This document shows, piece after piece, positions 17,212 through 27,208 of a stretch of DNA of 64,000 bases. Made by a program: the position numbers and the translations under genes. Below the pieces are notes generated by a model, which searched no databases, was not told the DNA's origin, and saw only the letters and a list, made by a program, of their open reading frames with translations. The DNA is taken from sequence record NC_070871.1. One strand, given 5' to 3'. Numbering within the stretch: position 1 is the stretch's first letter; each line of letters begins with the position of its first letter. This DNA comes from Escherichia phage PGN829.1.

Positions 17212-20200
17212 ACGCACACAACCCCTTTGATGCAAAACAGGATTGGACCAATCCATACTGTCAAAACAGTTCCAATGACCCAATGGTAGATGCACTACTC
17301 GGTAATGCTTACCATGTGGTTCGTACTGTGTACTGCAACCTGGGTAATCTTAAACTTCTGTATGATTTCCTGAACCAATATGGGATGGTCATCGGCGTAA
17401 ACTCTGAAGAGGAGTTGAAGGCATTATCCACGCAAGTTAAATACTCTCGTATCTATGGTTTCTCTCGTGCAGGTGACCGGCAGGTAACTGACTACTTGTA
17501 CGTAGAGGGTGACCGTACAGGTATTCTACCCAACGATGTTGATGCAACTGGTTCATGGATTACTGTTGCTACTTCTGGTTCCTCTAGTGGTGGTACTTCC
17601 TCTGGAGAAGGTGCTTATATTCCTTGGGTATACAGCAATGGTTCTGCTACTGGTGGGGAAACCACAATCAATGTACCGGATGGTACGGTGGGTGTACCAT
17701 TTATCATTATTAATGGTGATATGCAGTATGTAGGACGTGGTTTTGAGTTTGATGTAGACAGTTTGTCAGTAACTCTGGCTCAGCCTCTAGAAGAAGGTGA
17801 TGAAGTGGTATTCCTTCTGACTGGAGTTCCTGCTGTACCAGATAATCCTAACATTAATGACTGGATTCAGATTAATTGGTTGTACAACAATGGTGCTGCT
17901 GTAGGTGGTGAGCAGGCTATTACTATTCCTTATACCTTCCAGTCTATTCCGGCTGTGTATAAGAACGGTCTTCGTTTGTATAAAGGATTAACTACTGAGT
18001 CTTATACTGCTGACCCGGATAACCAACGTATTTTTCTTACCGAACCACTGACAACCAATGATCGCTTGATAGTACAGATTGGTGGTGAAGCACGAGTATT
18101 AGAAGCAACGGATCGTACCATACAGGAAGTGGCTCGTGCGGCTAATGTAAAAGATTCTGAAGTTATTCTCAGTACTGATACAGTACATTCCTTGAATAAC
18201 AAAAAAGTCATTTATAATCTTGATAATCAGCAGATTTACGTTATTCCAGAATTACCAACTAATGTATATATATCCAGCGTAGCTGGTAATATACTTACAT
18301 ATATTCCGGGTAACATTCAGGTTAAGTTACTAACCAAAAAAGAAACTGACCAAATTACCCTATGGCGGGATGCCGGGGATGTGCGGGGATGGGGCGCTAA
18401 GGGTGACGGAGTAACAGACAGCACTGCTGCATTCTTGAGCGCGTTAGCAAATCACAACAGAGCTTATGTCCCGGATGGTACTTTTTTAGTGGATACGACT
18501 GCTATTGATATCAATCTGGTTCATGGCGAAGGCTATATTCTGACAAATGCTGGCATTCGAATTTCGGTTCAACAATTTCGTCATCAGATGAAAATGGTAC
18601 AGGCCAAGCTGATGGTGCCAAATTTCGGCTTTGACAACGGCACTACAGATACATCAATTTACCCTGGTGCAAGGAACGCTCTACAAGGAATAGCCGTCGT
18701 CGAAGTAAATGGGGTCACAAAACTCTTTATGTCGCAGCGTGTTGCTGGCGGTTCATGGACAGCAACCACACGTTGCAGAATTGTTGAGTGCGAACTGGTT
18801 GTCGATGGCTCTACAGTTCCACTTGTGACGTACTCAGGATTGCTTAACATTGGGCATGGTATTGATCTAACGGCTCGCATCGAGAATGGCGAAGTTTACC
18901 TTTATTCCTCACAGTCTGTTGATCCGGCCTATCCTGACGATAAGGCGGGTAAGGGTTACAGTCGCATTCACTGGCGTGGTTCACTGACCAGTCAGGCGGA
19001 TGTTGAATCATTCGCACTGTGGGGGCAGGTAGGTAGCGGGCATCGTTTTGAGAAATACAACCGCGCCTGCGTTAAAATTTCTGACGATGGGAAATTTCTC
19101 ATCATGGCCTCCTCGCCGGTCAATGCAGGGGCCAAGCGTCAGATCTTCGTCTACGACTTTAAGGAAGTACAGAACGCTTCGGACAAATTGTCTGTGGGAC
19201 CTAAATACATTACCGAGTACTCGGTACCGAGTGAGCAAAACTCCAACGTTCTGCAGGGCATCATGTCGGATGGGCGCACATTGACCATCAACATGGGTGG
19301 AACCGTGACCTTGAGTCCAAACTACATCATAGATGTAGGTTTCGACGGAACCACAGAAGTTCGCCAGGAGTACGAGGGTGCGCTAGACCAGTATGGGCTT
19401 TCTGGAATACTCAATAACCCAACTCAGGGCCATCCATGGCGTTTTGAACCAGAGGGAATCTGCTCATATAAAGGTGGGCGACTTGTCTCCATTGCAGAGG
19501 GCTGGTATGCAACTGCAAAAATAGTTTCATGGGAAGGGGCTAACTGGGCGTGCATTACGCCGAAAGATACAACTGGTGTCCCACCATCGAACGGTTCGTA
19601 CTGGATAAAGACAACAAAGGCCGCGACTGAGGGTGCCTGGAGTTCAGCCGTCAACTATGCAAACACAGCTGATTTCTCTCATGAAGTGAAGACTATCTAC
19701 TACATTGGGCCATCACTTGGTTTGCCACAGGAAAAGCCGCTTACCAGTGGGATTAATAACAGACCTGACCCGTCGCAGGTTCCAACCGGGCAGGGATCTG
19801 GTGCTACATCTATCGGCTTCCAGTGGCGTAATATACTCACAATCAGAGGATGGGCGGCAGCGATAAACCGGTACTTTGATGCGTTACAATACGACAATTC
19901 ATCGAGGTTAAGAATTTATGATTCCCAGGAAGGAGCTGACAATACCCAGTATGTATCAGTACAGGCCCTCTTTAATAGTACAATCAAGGCATTAATCCTC
20001 AGAGCGGGCGGCGCCAGTGTAACTGATAGTGCAGCCATGCGCTTACACAAGCGAGATGATCCCACGTATCCTGGTTATATCGTAGAGAGCACGCGAGCAA
20101 CTGGTGAGTTTTCCAGGGAAACCAATGATTCTGGGGCGACTAGGTTTGCATCTGCTGCTGGCAGTACGCCAGTAACAGCTTGCCGTCCCGATGATGGGAT

Positions 20201-20381
20201 GATGTATGGATTCGAAAAAAGCAGGAATGTAAATCTCTGGGGGATCTATCGCGGGATAGGTTCCCCAGAAGGGGTGATTACGGCACCTCGTGGCTCTCTA
20301 TATGTGGCAGCAACAGGCGCCCCGGCAACGTTATACGTTAAAGAATCTGGCTCAGGAAATACAGGATGGGTGGCAAAATGA
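17202..20381 (+). CDS. tailspike/appendage protein with C-terminal pectate-lyase-like beta-helix depolymerase domain
   Basis: 1059 aa; WGAKGDGVTDSTAAF motif at about residue 390; Gly/Ser-rich linker; C-terminal two thirds looks higher in GC by eye. Confidence 0.6.
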   Translation: MAMNAHNPFDAKQDWTNPYCQNSSNDPMVDALLGNAYHVVRTVYCNLGNLKLLYDFLNQYGMVIGVNSEEELKALSTQVKYSRIYGFSRAGDRQVTDYLYVEGDRTGILPNDVDATGSWITVATSGSSSGGTSSGEGAYIPWVYSNGSATGGETTINVPDGTVGVPFIIINGDMQYVGRGFEFDVDSLSVTLAQPLEEGDEVVFLLTGVPAVPDNPNINDWIQINWLYNNGAAVGGEQAITIPYTFQSIPAVYKNGLRLYKGLTTESYTADPDNQRIFLTEPLTTNDRLIVQIGGEARVLEATDRTIQEVARAANVKDSEVILSTDTVHSLNNKKVIYNLDNQQIYVIPELPTNVYISSVAGNILTYIPGNIQVKLLTKKETDQITLWRDAGDVRGWGAKGDGVTDSTAAFLSALANHNRAYVPDGTFLVDTTAIDINLVHGEGYILTNAGIRISVQQFRHQMKMVQAKLMVPNFGFDNGTTDTSIYPGARNALQGIAVVEVNGVTKLFMSQRVAGGSWTATTRCRIVECELVVDGSTVPLVTYSGLLNIGHGIDLTARIENGEVYLYSSQSVDPAYPDDKAGKGYSRIHWRGSLTSQADVESFALWGQVGSGHRFEKYNRACVKISDDGKFLIMASSPVNAGAKRQIFVYDFKEVQNASDKLSVGPKYITEYSVPSEQNSNVLQGIMSDGRTLTINMGGTVTLSPNYIIDVGFDGTTEVRQEYEGALDQYGLSGILNNPTQGHPWRFEPEGICSYKGGRLVSIAEGWYATAKIVSWEGANWACITPKDTTGVPPSNGSYWIKTTKAATEGAWSSAVNYANTADFSHEVKTIYYIGPSLGLPQEKPLTSGINNRPDPSQVPTGQGSGATSIGFQWRNILTIRGWAAAINRYFDALQYDNSSRLRIYDSQEGADNTQYVSVQALFNSTIKALILRAGGASVTDSAAMRLHKRDDPTYPGYIVESTRATGEFSRETNDSGATRFASAAGSTPVTACRPDDGMMYGFEKSRNVNLWGIYRGIGSPEGVITAPRGSLYVAATGAPATLYVKESGSGNTGWVAK

Positions 20382-20587
20382 AAATGATGAAAGTTATTCG
20401 TGATGAAACCGGCGCAGTAATAAACATCGGCGAATGGGATTACGTTTATGCAGAATCTGAGCCGGGTAAGGGGATAGTCGCCACCAACCCGCTACCAGAT
20501 GGATCAACGGAAAGCGAAGAAGAGGTGGTCAATGGCTGGGATGGCGGACTTTATGTTAAAGGTGATCCGAGGGCAAATGGGGCTTAA
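20366..20587 (+). CDS. small ORF downstream of tailspike (possible fiber chaperone)
   Basis: 73 aa, overlaps tailspike stop, same GC-rich composition as the tailspike C-terminus. Confidence 0.3.
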   Translation: MGGKMKMMKVIRDETGAVINIGEWDYVYAESEPGKGIVATNPLPDGSTESEEEVVNGWDGGLYVKGDPRANGA

Positions 20588-20726
20588 TAGTTATTTTCTA
20601 TACCCTGAATAGTAGACAGAGTAACTATTATGGTAACGACTATGGCAAGGATGCCAGTAATTATAAACACGAAAATTCCTTAAACCCCTCTTCGGAGGGG
20701 TTTCCCAGAAAAACAAAGAGGTTTAC

Positions 20727-22613
20727 ATGAACGAATTATTCTCACAAGGTGGTAAAGGCTCTACTGGTATTCTTACCAATAAACAAGCCATTGCCCGTAA
20801 GTTTGGTGTTAAGCAGAATGAAGTAGTCTACTTTTCTGTAGGTGTAGACTTGGGGGGTTACAAAGTCATTTATGACAAGACTACTCAGCGTGCTTACTCT
20901 TTGCCCGTACTCCCGGTAGGAACCACTGCTGTAAGCCTGAATGAACAAGCAATCCTGGTTCATTCAGCAGGTACTGTTGATTTGGGGGAACTTGGGAAAA
21001 GCAGGGGGGAGTATACTACCCTACCTGGCACGTTCTCCACCGGTTCCATAGTAAATACTAAGAATGACATACTCGTTTACAATGATACTGGATACACCTA
21101 CCAGGGTGCACTACCCGTTACTGTAGCTCCTGGATCATCCCCTGTTGGGGATGCTAATTGGGTTGCTATATCCGACGCATACCTGAAAGAGGAACTACTT
21201 AATAAGTATATACACTATGTTACCCCGCAAGTATTTGGTGCTATGGGGGATGGTGTTACTGATGATACTGAAGCCATTCAAGCAGCAATGGATTACTGTC
21301 AACTGAATCGAACTAAGTTGGTGATTCCATCCAAGAAGTACATTATTACTAAACCCTTGTTGTATCGCAATTTAGGCTTTTATAACTATGAAATTGAAGG
21401 ACAAGGTGGTAATGCAATTATTGAATTAACTACCTTAGCTAAGACAGGTATAACTGAGCCAGATGCTTACGGGGTGGATGTTAACGTAAATGCTGCTATT
21501 GTTGTATTAACAGATACTAATCAGAGTAAGTATGCTCGTATTTCAGGTATTCGCTTTACAACTACAGTCAATGCTGACTACGGTATCTATTTTAGTATAA
21601 CGGAGAACAGTTACGTATCAGATTGCCTCTTTGAAGGTTATAAGTTTGGTATATTTGATAAAGGTTCATGGATTCAACGTATATCCCGGTGTATTGCTCG
21701 TAACTGTACGGATACCGGGTTCTATATCCAAGACGGTACTAGTACCTACATAAAAGAATGCTATGTTGATTATGCTAATCGTGGTTACTACTTAGCTAGT
21801 GGCTATAGTTCGATTATTGATTGTGCATGCGACCATACTACCCGCTGGAGCTATGTATTTGGCGGTGGTTCCGGTGATAACGCTACTACAGATACCCGAA
21901 GCATTAGTATGCATAATTGTGGTTCTGAAAATACAGGAACGGGTTCTGCTATCTACATAGATGGTAGGGTTGCATTAGGTATTTCTAATTATCATGCGGG
22001 TAATTACCCTCCATACCAAACAGCCAATACCCCCTATCTTGTAGATGTTTCAAGTAAGGGTTCAGATTCTCAAATTACTATGAGTAATGTGCGATGTGTT
22101 AACTTCTCTTACCTTATTAATGATGCCAGCAGCTCTAATAACTATTTTGACCTTACTAACGTTACCTGTCGTAGTACATTAACTGGTAAATACAGTCTGG
22201 CTTCTGGAACCAGGGTACTAGAAAGAACCAAGGAAGGTGGTGTACGAATCATTACTAATACTGATTTAACTGGTATTGGTATTGTTGCTGGGGATATTGT
22301 GGACTCACTCTCCGATAACACCACTTTATCTGGTTTGCGTAATGGGCAATTCATCTATCGTAAGGGTATATCTATCACCCGCTCTACTGGTTCCGCTGGT
22401 AGTACTGAAGTAACACTACCTATTAACTTACTGGATTATCGTGTAGCCGTAACCTTTAATGGGGGTATTGGTGCATTGCAGAGTATTGCCCCTGTATTTA
22501 GCGTTACTAACCAAACCCCTTCTGGGTTTACGGTTAACTGCGCAAGTTCTCGTGGTGACGAAGCGTGGACTACATTAGGTGCAGATATTATTGTATATGG
22601 CTTGAAGCAGTAA
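20727..22613 (+). CDS. second tailspike with pectate-lyase-like beta-helix domain
   Basis: 628 aa; FGAMGDGVTDDTEAIQAAMDYC motif and beta-helix-like repeats (NCTDTGFYIQDG). Confidence 0.6.
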   Translation: MNELFSQGGKGSTGILTNKQAIARKFGVKQNEVVYFSVGVDLGGYKVIYDKTTQRAYSLPVLPVGTTAVSLNEQAILVHSAGTVDLGELGKSRGEYTTLPGTFSTGSIVNTKNDILVYNDTGYTYQGALPVTVAPGSSPVGDANWVAISDAYLKEELLNKYIHYVTPQVFGAMGDGVTDDTEAIQAAMDYCQLNRTKLVIPSKKYIITKPLLYRNLGFYNYEIEGQGGNAIIELTTLAKTGITEPDAYGVDVNVNAAIVVLTDTNQSKYARISGIRFTTTVNADYGIYFSITENSYVSDCLFEGYKFGIFDKGSWIQRISRCIARNCTDTGFYIQDGTSTYIKECYVDYANRGYYLASGYSSIIDCACDHTTRWSYVFGGGSGDNATTDTRSISMHNCGSENTGTGSAIYIDGRVALGISNYHAGNYPPYQTANTPYLVDVSSKGSDSQITMSNVRCVNFSYLINDASSSNNYFDLTNVTCRSTLTGKYSLASGTRVLERTKEGGVRIITNTDLTGIGIVAGDIVDSLSDNTTLSGLRNGQFIYRKGISITRSTGSAGSTEVTLPINLLDYRVAVTFNGGIGALQSIAPVFSVTNQTPSGFTVNCASSRGDEAWTTLGADIIVYGLKQ

Positions 22614-22618
22614 ATTTA

Positions 22619-22650
22619 GGTAGTGGGGTAAATTTAGTACCCCACTACCA
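22619..22650 (+). terminator. strong hairpin after tailspike gene (terminator-like)
   Basis: 12-bp perfect stem ggtagtggggta/taccccactacc, 7-nt loop; weak T tract. Confidence 0.35.
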
Positions 22651-22871
22651 AACCCATTAGTGTTTGCTGATTCCATTGCTCTAACTGTAAAAATGGTTAG
22701 GGTAACTCTCCCCCATAGGGTATTGAATATATCCAATGATGCCCTTTCTACAAAGCACAGGTTTTGCTCGTCTCTTTGTCTGGATGTATTTCAGCATACT
22801 AAGTATTATCTAAGAGTCATCTTATGATACGACCCCATTGGGGTTCCTAACTTCGTAACTACGGTAATAAT

Positions 22872-23201
22872 ATGAATGAATCGGGTGAACTGCTTCTAGT
22901 CAGACTGGAGGAACGATTGAAGACTCTGTTTGAGAACCAGACAAGGGACAGACAGGACCGTGAGAAACTGGAGGAAACTCTGGGAGAACTACGGGATTCA
23001 ATCAATGACATAGGTAATAGACTAAAAAATGTGGAGGATAGCTTAGCTAAGAATGAACCTACTATTGAAGAGTTCATCACTATTAAGCATAAAGTCGTTG
23101 GTGCTGGAATTTTTGGTAAGTGGGTGTGGGCTGGGGCAGGTGCAATTATTGGTGTATTGGCTGCTGCAAGACGGGAGATATTCGCATGGTTCGTAGGCTA
23201 A
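22872..23201 (+). CDS. coiled-coil protein with C-terminal transmembrane helix (lysis-associated?)
   Basis: Charged coiled-coil region then GAGIFGKWVWAGAGAIIGVLAAA. Confidence 0.35.
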   Translation: MNESGELLLVRLEERLKTLFENQTRDRQDREKLEETLGELRDSINDIGNRLKNVEDSLAKNEPTIEEFITIKHKVVGAGIFGKWVWAGAGAIIGVLAAARREIFAWFVG

Positions 23202-23446
23202 AAAGAAAGATTGAGTTAGTACCTAACTGGAAAAGATGCTGGAAGTGGGCATCCGTTCAGATTAGTACATTTGGTTTAATTTTATTCTCTGCTGTAGATA
23301 TCATCCAACCAATGGTGACAGGATTACCTCGTCACATCCTGGAAGATATTCCCCATGGTTCCAATATTGCAATCGCACTGTTTGCCTTAAACATCATAGG
23401 CAGATTAATACGGTTCCGTCCAAAGGAAAATTCTCATGAAAGCTAA
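23186..23446 (+). CDS. putative holin (two transmembrane domains)
   Basis: Start at internal ATG (MVRRLKRK); two hydrophobic helices; immediately upstream of endolysin. Confidence 0.45.
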   Translation: MVRRLKRKIELVPNWKRCWKWASVQISTFGLILFSAVDIIQPMVTGLPRHILEDIPHGSNIAIALFALNIIGRLIRFRPKENSHES

Positions 23447-24071
23447 ACAGAAACTTGCTGCAAAAGGTGGTGCAGTGGGAGGGGTTGTCGCTGCTATCCT
23501 GGGGGCAGTGTTCTATATGGAAGGGGGTTATGTAAACAATCCTCGTGACCCAGGTGGGGAAACTAATCATGGTATTACCCAATCGGTAGCTAAGTCTCAT
23601 AAGGAGGTTCTGGCTACTGAATATGGTTGGGATGGTTCTATGAAAGGTTTATCTAAGGAGATGGCTGCTGAGATATACATTGATGACTACGTACTTAAGC
23701 CTAACTTCGTAGCCTTCGCTGATATATCTCCTGCTGTAACGCATAAGCTGGTAGATGCTGGTGTTAATACTGGTGTAACCCGTCCGGCTAAGTGGTTGCA
23801 GTTATCCCTTAATGAAATGTCCCGTGATGGCAAAGACTACCCTAAAATACAGGTTGATGGTAAAGTCGGTGCAAGTACTGTTAATGCTTATAAAGCATTA
23901 CAGAAAAAACGAGGCAAAGTTGCAGCATGTCAGGTAATGATTAAGCTGCTTGATGCTAAACAACTAAACCACTATACCTCATTAAACATGCCAGACTTTA
24001 CGTATGGTTGGGTAGCTAACCGAATAGGCAATGTGCCACTGGAGGCATGTAATGAAGATGCTAATCTCTAA
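23436..24071 (+). CDS. endolysin, GH108-type N-acetylmuramidase with PG-binding domain and SAR-like N-terminus
   Basis: GGYVNNPRDPGGETNHGITQ (GH108 signature); N-terminal Gly/Ala-rich weakly hydrophobic segment GGAVGGVVAAILGAVF. Confidence 0.75.
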   Translation: MKAKQKLAAKGGAVGGVVAAILGAVFYMEGGYVNNPRDPGGETNHGITQSVAKSHKEVLATEYGWDGSMKGLSKEMAAEIYIDDYVLKPNFVAFADISPAVTHKLVDAGVNTGVTRPAKWLQLSLNEMSRDGKDYPKIQVDGKVGASTVNAYKALQKKRGKVAACQVMIKLLDAKQLNHYTSLNMPDFTYGWVANRIGNVPLEACNEDANL

Positions 24072-24558
24072 AGGTTGGCCTTATCTTCTGGTGGTGGTCC
24101 TTGGGGCCACCATTTACTTTTGGGGCAATTCCAATGGACAGTCTACTGTTCAAAAGAAATGGGATGCCCAAAAGGTCGAAGACCAAAGGGCAACACAAAA
24201 ATTACAGGACAAATACAATGCTCTCCAAAGAAACCATAGTTATGAAGTCGGGTTACTCACTTCTCGGTTGCAGACGGCTGAGAGTAATTACGCAAGCGAG
24301 CTTGCTCGCGTTAGTAGTGATTATGACAGCCGGATGCAACAGTCTGAAAGACGGGCATCGGTATATAAACGTCAAGCCGAAGCCGGAACCCTTGAGTGCA
24401 GAAGTCTTGCAAGCCATGCAGCCAAACTCGACAGCAGTCTTGAAGAAGGCAGACGTTTGGTTGAAGAACTCCGGGCAACTGTTAGACTCCGTGACAGCCA
24501 ACTAATTGAGTTGGGTAAACAGATTCAGGCTGACCGTAAACTTTTTGAACAGGAATAA
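24052..24558 (+). CDS. i-spanin (Rz-like)
   Basis: N-terminal TM ([17 protein letters not shown]) followed by long coiled-coil region; overlaps endolysin end. Confidence 0.55.
   Translation: MKMLISKGWPYLLVVVLGATIYFWGNSNGQSTVQKKWDAQKVEDQRATQKLQDKYNALQRNHSYEVGLLTSRLQTAESNYASELARVSSDYDSRMQQSERRASVYKRQAEAGTLECRSLASHAAKLDSSLEEGRRLVEELRATVRLRDSQLIELGKQIQADRKLFEQE
24242..24505 (+). CDS. o-spanin (Rz1-like) embedded in +1 frame of Rz
   Basis: Signal peptide ending in lipobox-like TAGC, short Pro-rich mature peptide (KPKPEP); wholly inside the Rz ORF. Confidence 0.5.
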   Translation: MKSGYSLLGCRRLRVITQASLLALVVIMTAGCNSLKDGHRYINVKPKPEPLSAEVLQAMQPNSTAVLKKADVWLKNSGQLLDSVTAN

Positions 24559-24560
24559 CT

Positions 24561-26831
24561 ATGGAACACCAAGACACTTTTAAGCCTTTACCAGACCCGG
24601 CTCAATCAGAGAAGTTAACGGACTGGAAGAAAGAACCAAGTATCCAATTACTGAAAGGTGATCTGGAATCAGCTAAACCTGCTCACGATGCAATCATGGC
24701 TCAGATTCGTGAGTGGAATGACTTGATGGAAGTTAAGGGTAAGGCTAAACCACCCAAAGTTAAAGGACGTTCGCAAGTTCAACCTAGACTGGTTCGCCGT
24801 CAGGCAGAGTGGCGTTATGCACCATTGTCTGAACCATTCCTCTCGTCTAATAAACTCTTTAAAGTAACTCCTGTTACTTTTGAAGATGAATTAGCTGCAC
24901 GTCAGAATGAATTAGTTCTTAACTACCAATTCCGTACTCAGCTTAATAAAGTAAAACTGGTAGATGATTACGTGCATAGTGTCGTAGATGACGGTACTGG
25001 TATTGCTCGTATCGGTTGGGAACGTAAGACTGTTAAGATTAAGACAGAAACCCCAGTCTTCCAGTTGTATCCAATTGAGAACCAGGAACAAGCAGATGTT
25101 CTTCAACAGGCTTTGCAGCTTCAGGCAGAGAATCCCCGTGAGTATGATGAAACAATGCCGGAAGATATTAAGGAAGCTGTTAACTACTTCAATGAAACTG
25201 GAGAAGCTACATATGCAATCCAGACCGGTGTTACTGAGGTAGAAGTAGAGAAAGCACTGGTTAACAGACCTACCGTTGAAATGCTTAACCCCAATAACGT
25301 AGTTATTGATCCAAGCTGTAATGGTGATTTGGATAAGGCTTTGTATGCAGTCATTTCGTTTGAGACATGCAAAGCAGACCTCATGAAGAACAAAGACCGT
25401 TATCACAACCTGGATAAGATTGACTGGGAAAGTTCCAGTCCTATGACTGACCCAGACCATGAAAGTAAAACTCCTGGTGACTTCCAGTTTAAGGATGCAC
25501 TTCGCAAGAAAGTAATTGCTTATGAGTATTGGGGATTCTACGACATTAACGATGATGGTTCACTGGAACCAATTGTTGCTACCTGGATTGGCTCTACTCT
25601 TATTCGTATGGAGAAGAATCCATTCCCTGATGGTAAGTTACCGTTGGTAGTTGTTCCCTATATGCCTCGTAAACGTGAACTCTATGGTGAAGCTGATGCT
25701 GAATTGCTAGGAGATAACCAAGCAATTCTTGGTGCAACCATGCGTGGGATGATTGACCTGTTGGGCCGAAGTGCAAATGGTCAACGTGGTTATCCTAAAG
25801 GGATGTTAGATACCCTGAACCGTCGTCGATACGATGATGGACAAGACTACGAATATAACCCAATGCAGGGCAATCCTAGTCAGGCCATTATGGAACACAA
25901 GTTCCCTGAGTTACCCCAGTCGGCAATAGTAATGACTCAGATGCAAAACCAGGAAGCAGAAGCACTAACGGGTGTTAAAGCATTCTCGGGTGGTGTAACT
26001 GGTGAAGCTTACGGAGATGTAGCTGCTGGTATTCGTGGTGTACTAGATGCAGCATCCAAACGTGAGATGGCAATCCTTCGTCGATTAGCTAAGGGTATGG
26101 CAGACATTGGTACTAAGATTTGTGCAATGAATGCTGTGTTCTTATCTGAGAAAGAAGTAGTACGTATTACTAACGAGCAGTATGTAGAAATTAACCGAGA
26201 AGACCTTAAGGGTAACTTCGACATTGAGGTTGATATTAATACTGCTGAGATTGATAACCAGAAATCCCAGGACTTGAGCTTCATGGTTCAAACGTTAGGT
26301 AATACGGTTGACCAAACTATTACGCTATCTCTTGTAGCTAAGATTGCAGAACTTAAACGTATGCCAGACCTTGCTCATGAGTTACGTACCTGGAAACCAC
26401 AGCCAGACCCTATGGAAGAACAGCTTAAGCAATTGGCAATTCAGAAAGCACAGCTTGAGAATGAAGAGTTGCAAAGTAAGATTGCACTCAATATGGCTAA
26501 GGCTAAAGAGGCTGCTTCTAGTGGTGACCTTAAAGACCTGGATTATCTGGAACAGGAATCTGGTACTAAACATGCTCGTGACATGGAAAAACAAAAAGCA
26601 CAATCTCAAGGAAACCAGAACCTTCAGATAACTAAGGCGTTGACAACACCTACTAAAGAAGGTGAAACTACCCCCAACATATCTGCTGCTGTTGGATATA
26701 ACGCTTTGACTAATGGGAACTCTATACCAGAACGTGACTTAGCTGCACAACAAGACCCAGCTTATTCACTTAGTTCCCAATTCTATGACCCTAGCCAAGA
26801 CCCAGCATCGGCTCTTGGCATGAACTTGTAA
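24561..26831 (+). CDS. portal protein
   Basis: 756 aa, position between lysis cassette and capsid genes as in N4 (gp59). Confidence 0.6.
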   Translation: MEHQDTFKPLPDPAQSEKLTDWKKEPSIQLLKGDLESAKPAHDAIMAQIREWNDLMEVKGKAKPPKVKGRSQVQPRLVRRQAEWRYAPLSEPFLSSNKLFKVTPVTFEDELAARQNELVLNYQFRTQLNKVKLVDDYVHSVVDDGTGIARIGWERKTVKIKTETPVFQLYPIENQEQADVLQQALQLQAENPREYDETMPEDIKEAVNYFNETGEATYAIQTGVTEVEVEKALVNRPTVEMLNPNNVVIDPSCNGDLDKALYAVISFETCKADLMKNKDRYHNLDKIDWESSSPMTDPDHESKTPGDFQFKDALRKKVIAYEYWGFYDINDDGSLEPIVATWIGSTLIRMEKNPFPDGKLPLVVVPYMPRKRELYGEADAELLGDNQAILGATMRGMIDLLGRSANGQRGYPKGMLDTLNRRRYDDGQDYEYNPMQGNPSQAIMEHKFPELPQSAIVMTQMQNQEAEALTGVKAFSGGVTGEAYGDVAAGIRGVLDAASKREMAILRRLAKGMADIGTKICAMNAVFLSEKEVVRITNEQYVEINREDLKGNFDIEVDINTAEIDNQKSQDLSFMVQTLGNTVDQTITLSLVAKIAELKRMPDLAHELRTWKPQPDPMEEQLKQLAIQKAQLENEELQSKIALNMAKAKEAASSGDLKDLDYLEQESGTKHARDMEKQKAQSQGNQNLQITKALTTPTKEGETTPNISAAVGYNALTNGNSIPERDLAAQQDPAYSLSSQFYDPSQDPASALGMNL

Positions 26832-26844
26832 GGCAGACCTTCAC

Positions 26845-27189
26845 ATGAGTAAAGAATCAACAATCACTGGACTGGAACATCGACTGGAAGCTGCTAAAGG
26901 TGCAGTTGCACATGCAGAAGATGTACGTAAACTTCTGGAGAATCCACTGTTCCGTAAAGTAATTCTTCGTCAGTTCTGTGTGGAAGATTGTGCACGTTAC
27001 GTGCAGGAGTCTGGTGACCCACTGCTTGAACCTAATAACCGTGCAGATGCATTGAACATGGCTCAAGCTGCTGGTCACTTACGTCGTTGGCTCGACCTCG
27101 CCATTCGTATGGGCGAAAACGAAGCTGATGTTATTCTTCAGGTAGAAGAAGAACTCGATGCAGTTCGTGCTGAACCTGAAGACGAATAA
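26845..27189 (+). CDS. head-associated small protein (hypothetical)
   Basis: 114 aa between portal and scaffold-like gene. Confidence 0.4.
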   Translation: MSKESTITGLEHRLEAAKGAVAHAEDVRKLLENPLFRKVILRQFCVEDCARYVQESGDPLLEPNNRADALNMAQAAGHLRRWLDLAIRMGENEADVILQVEEELDAVRAEPEDE

Positions 27190-27208
27190 TTAACCGGAGA
27201 TATTTCCT

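Noticed and set aside
24912-25460. 182-aa minus-strand ORF inside the portal gene
   Set aside because: Antisense shadow ORF within a long conserved structural gene.
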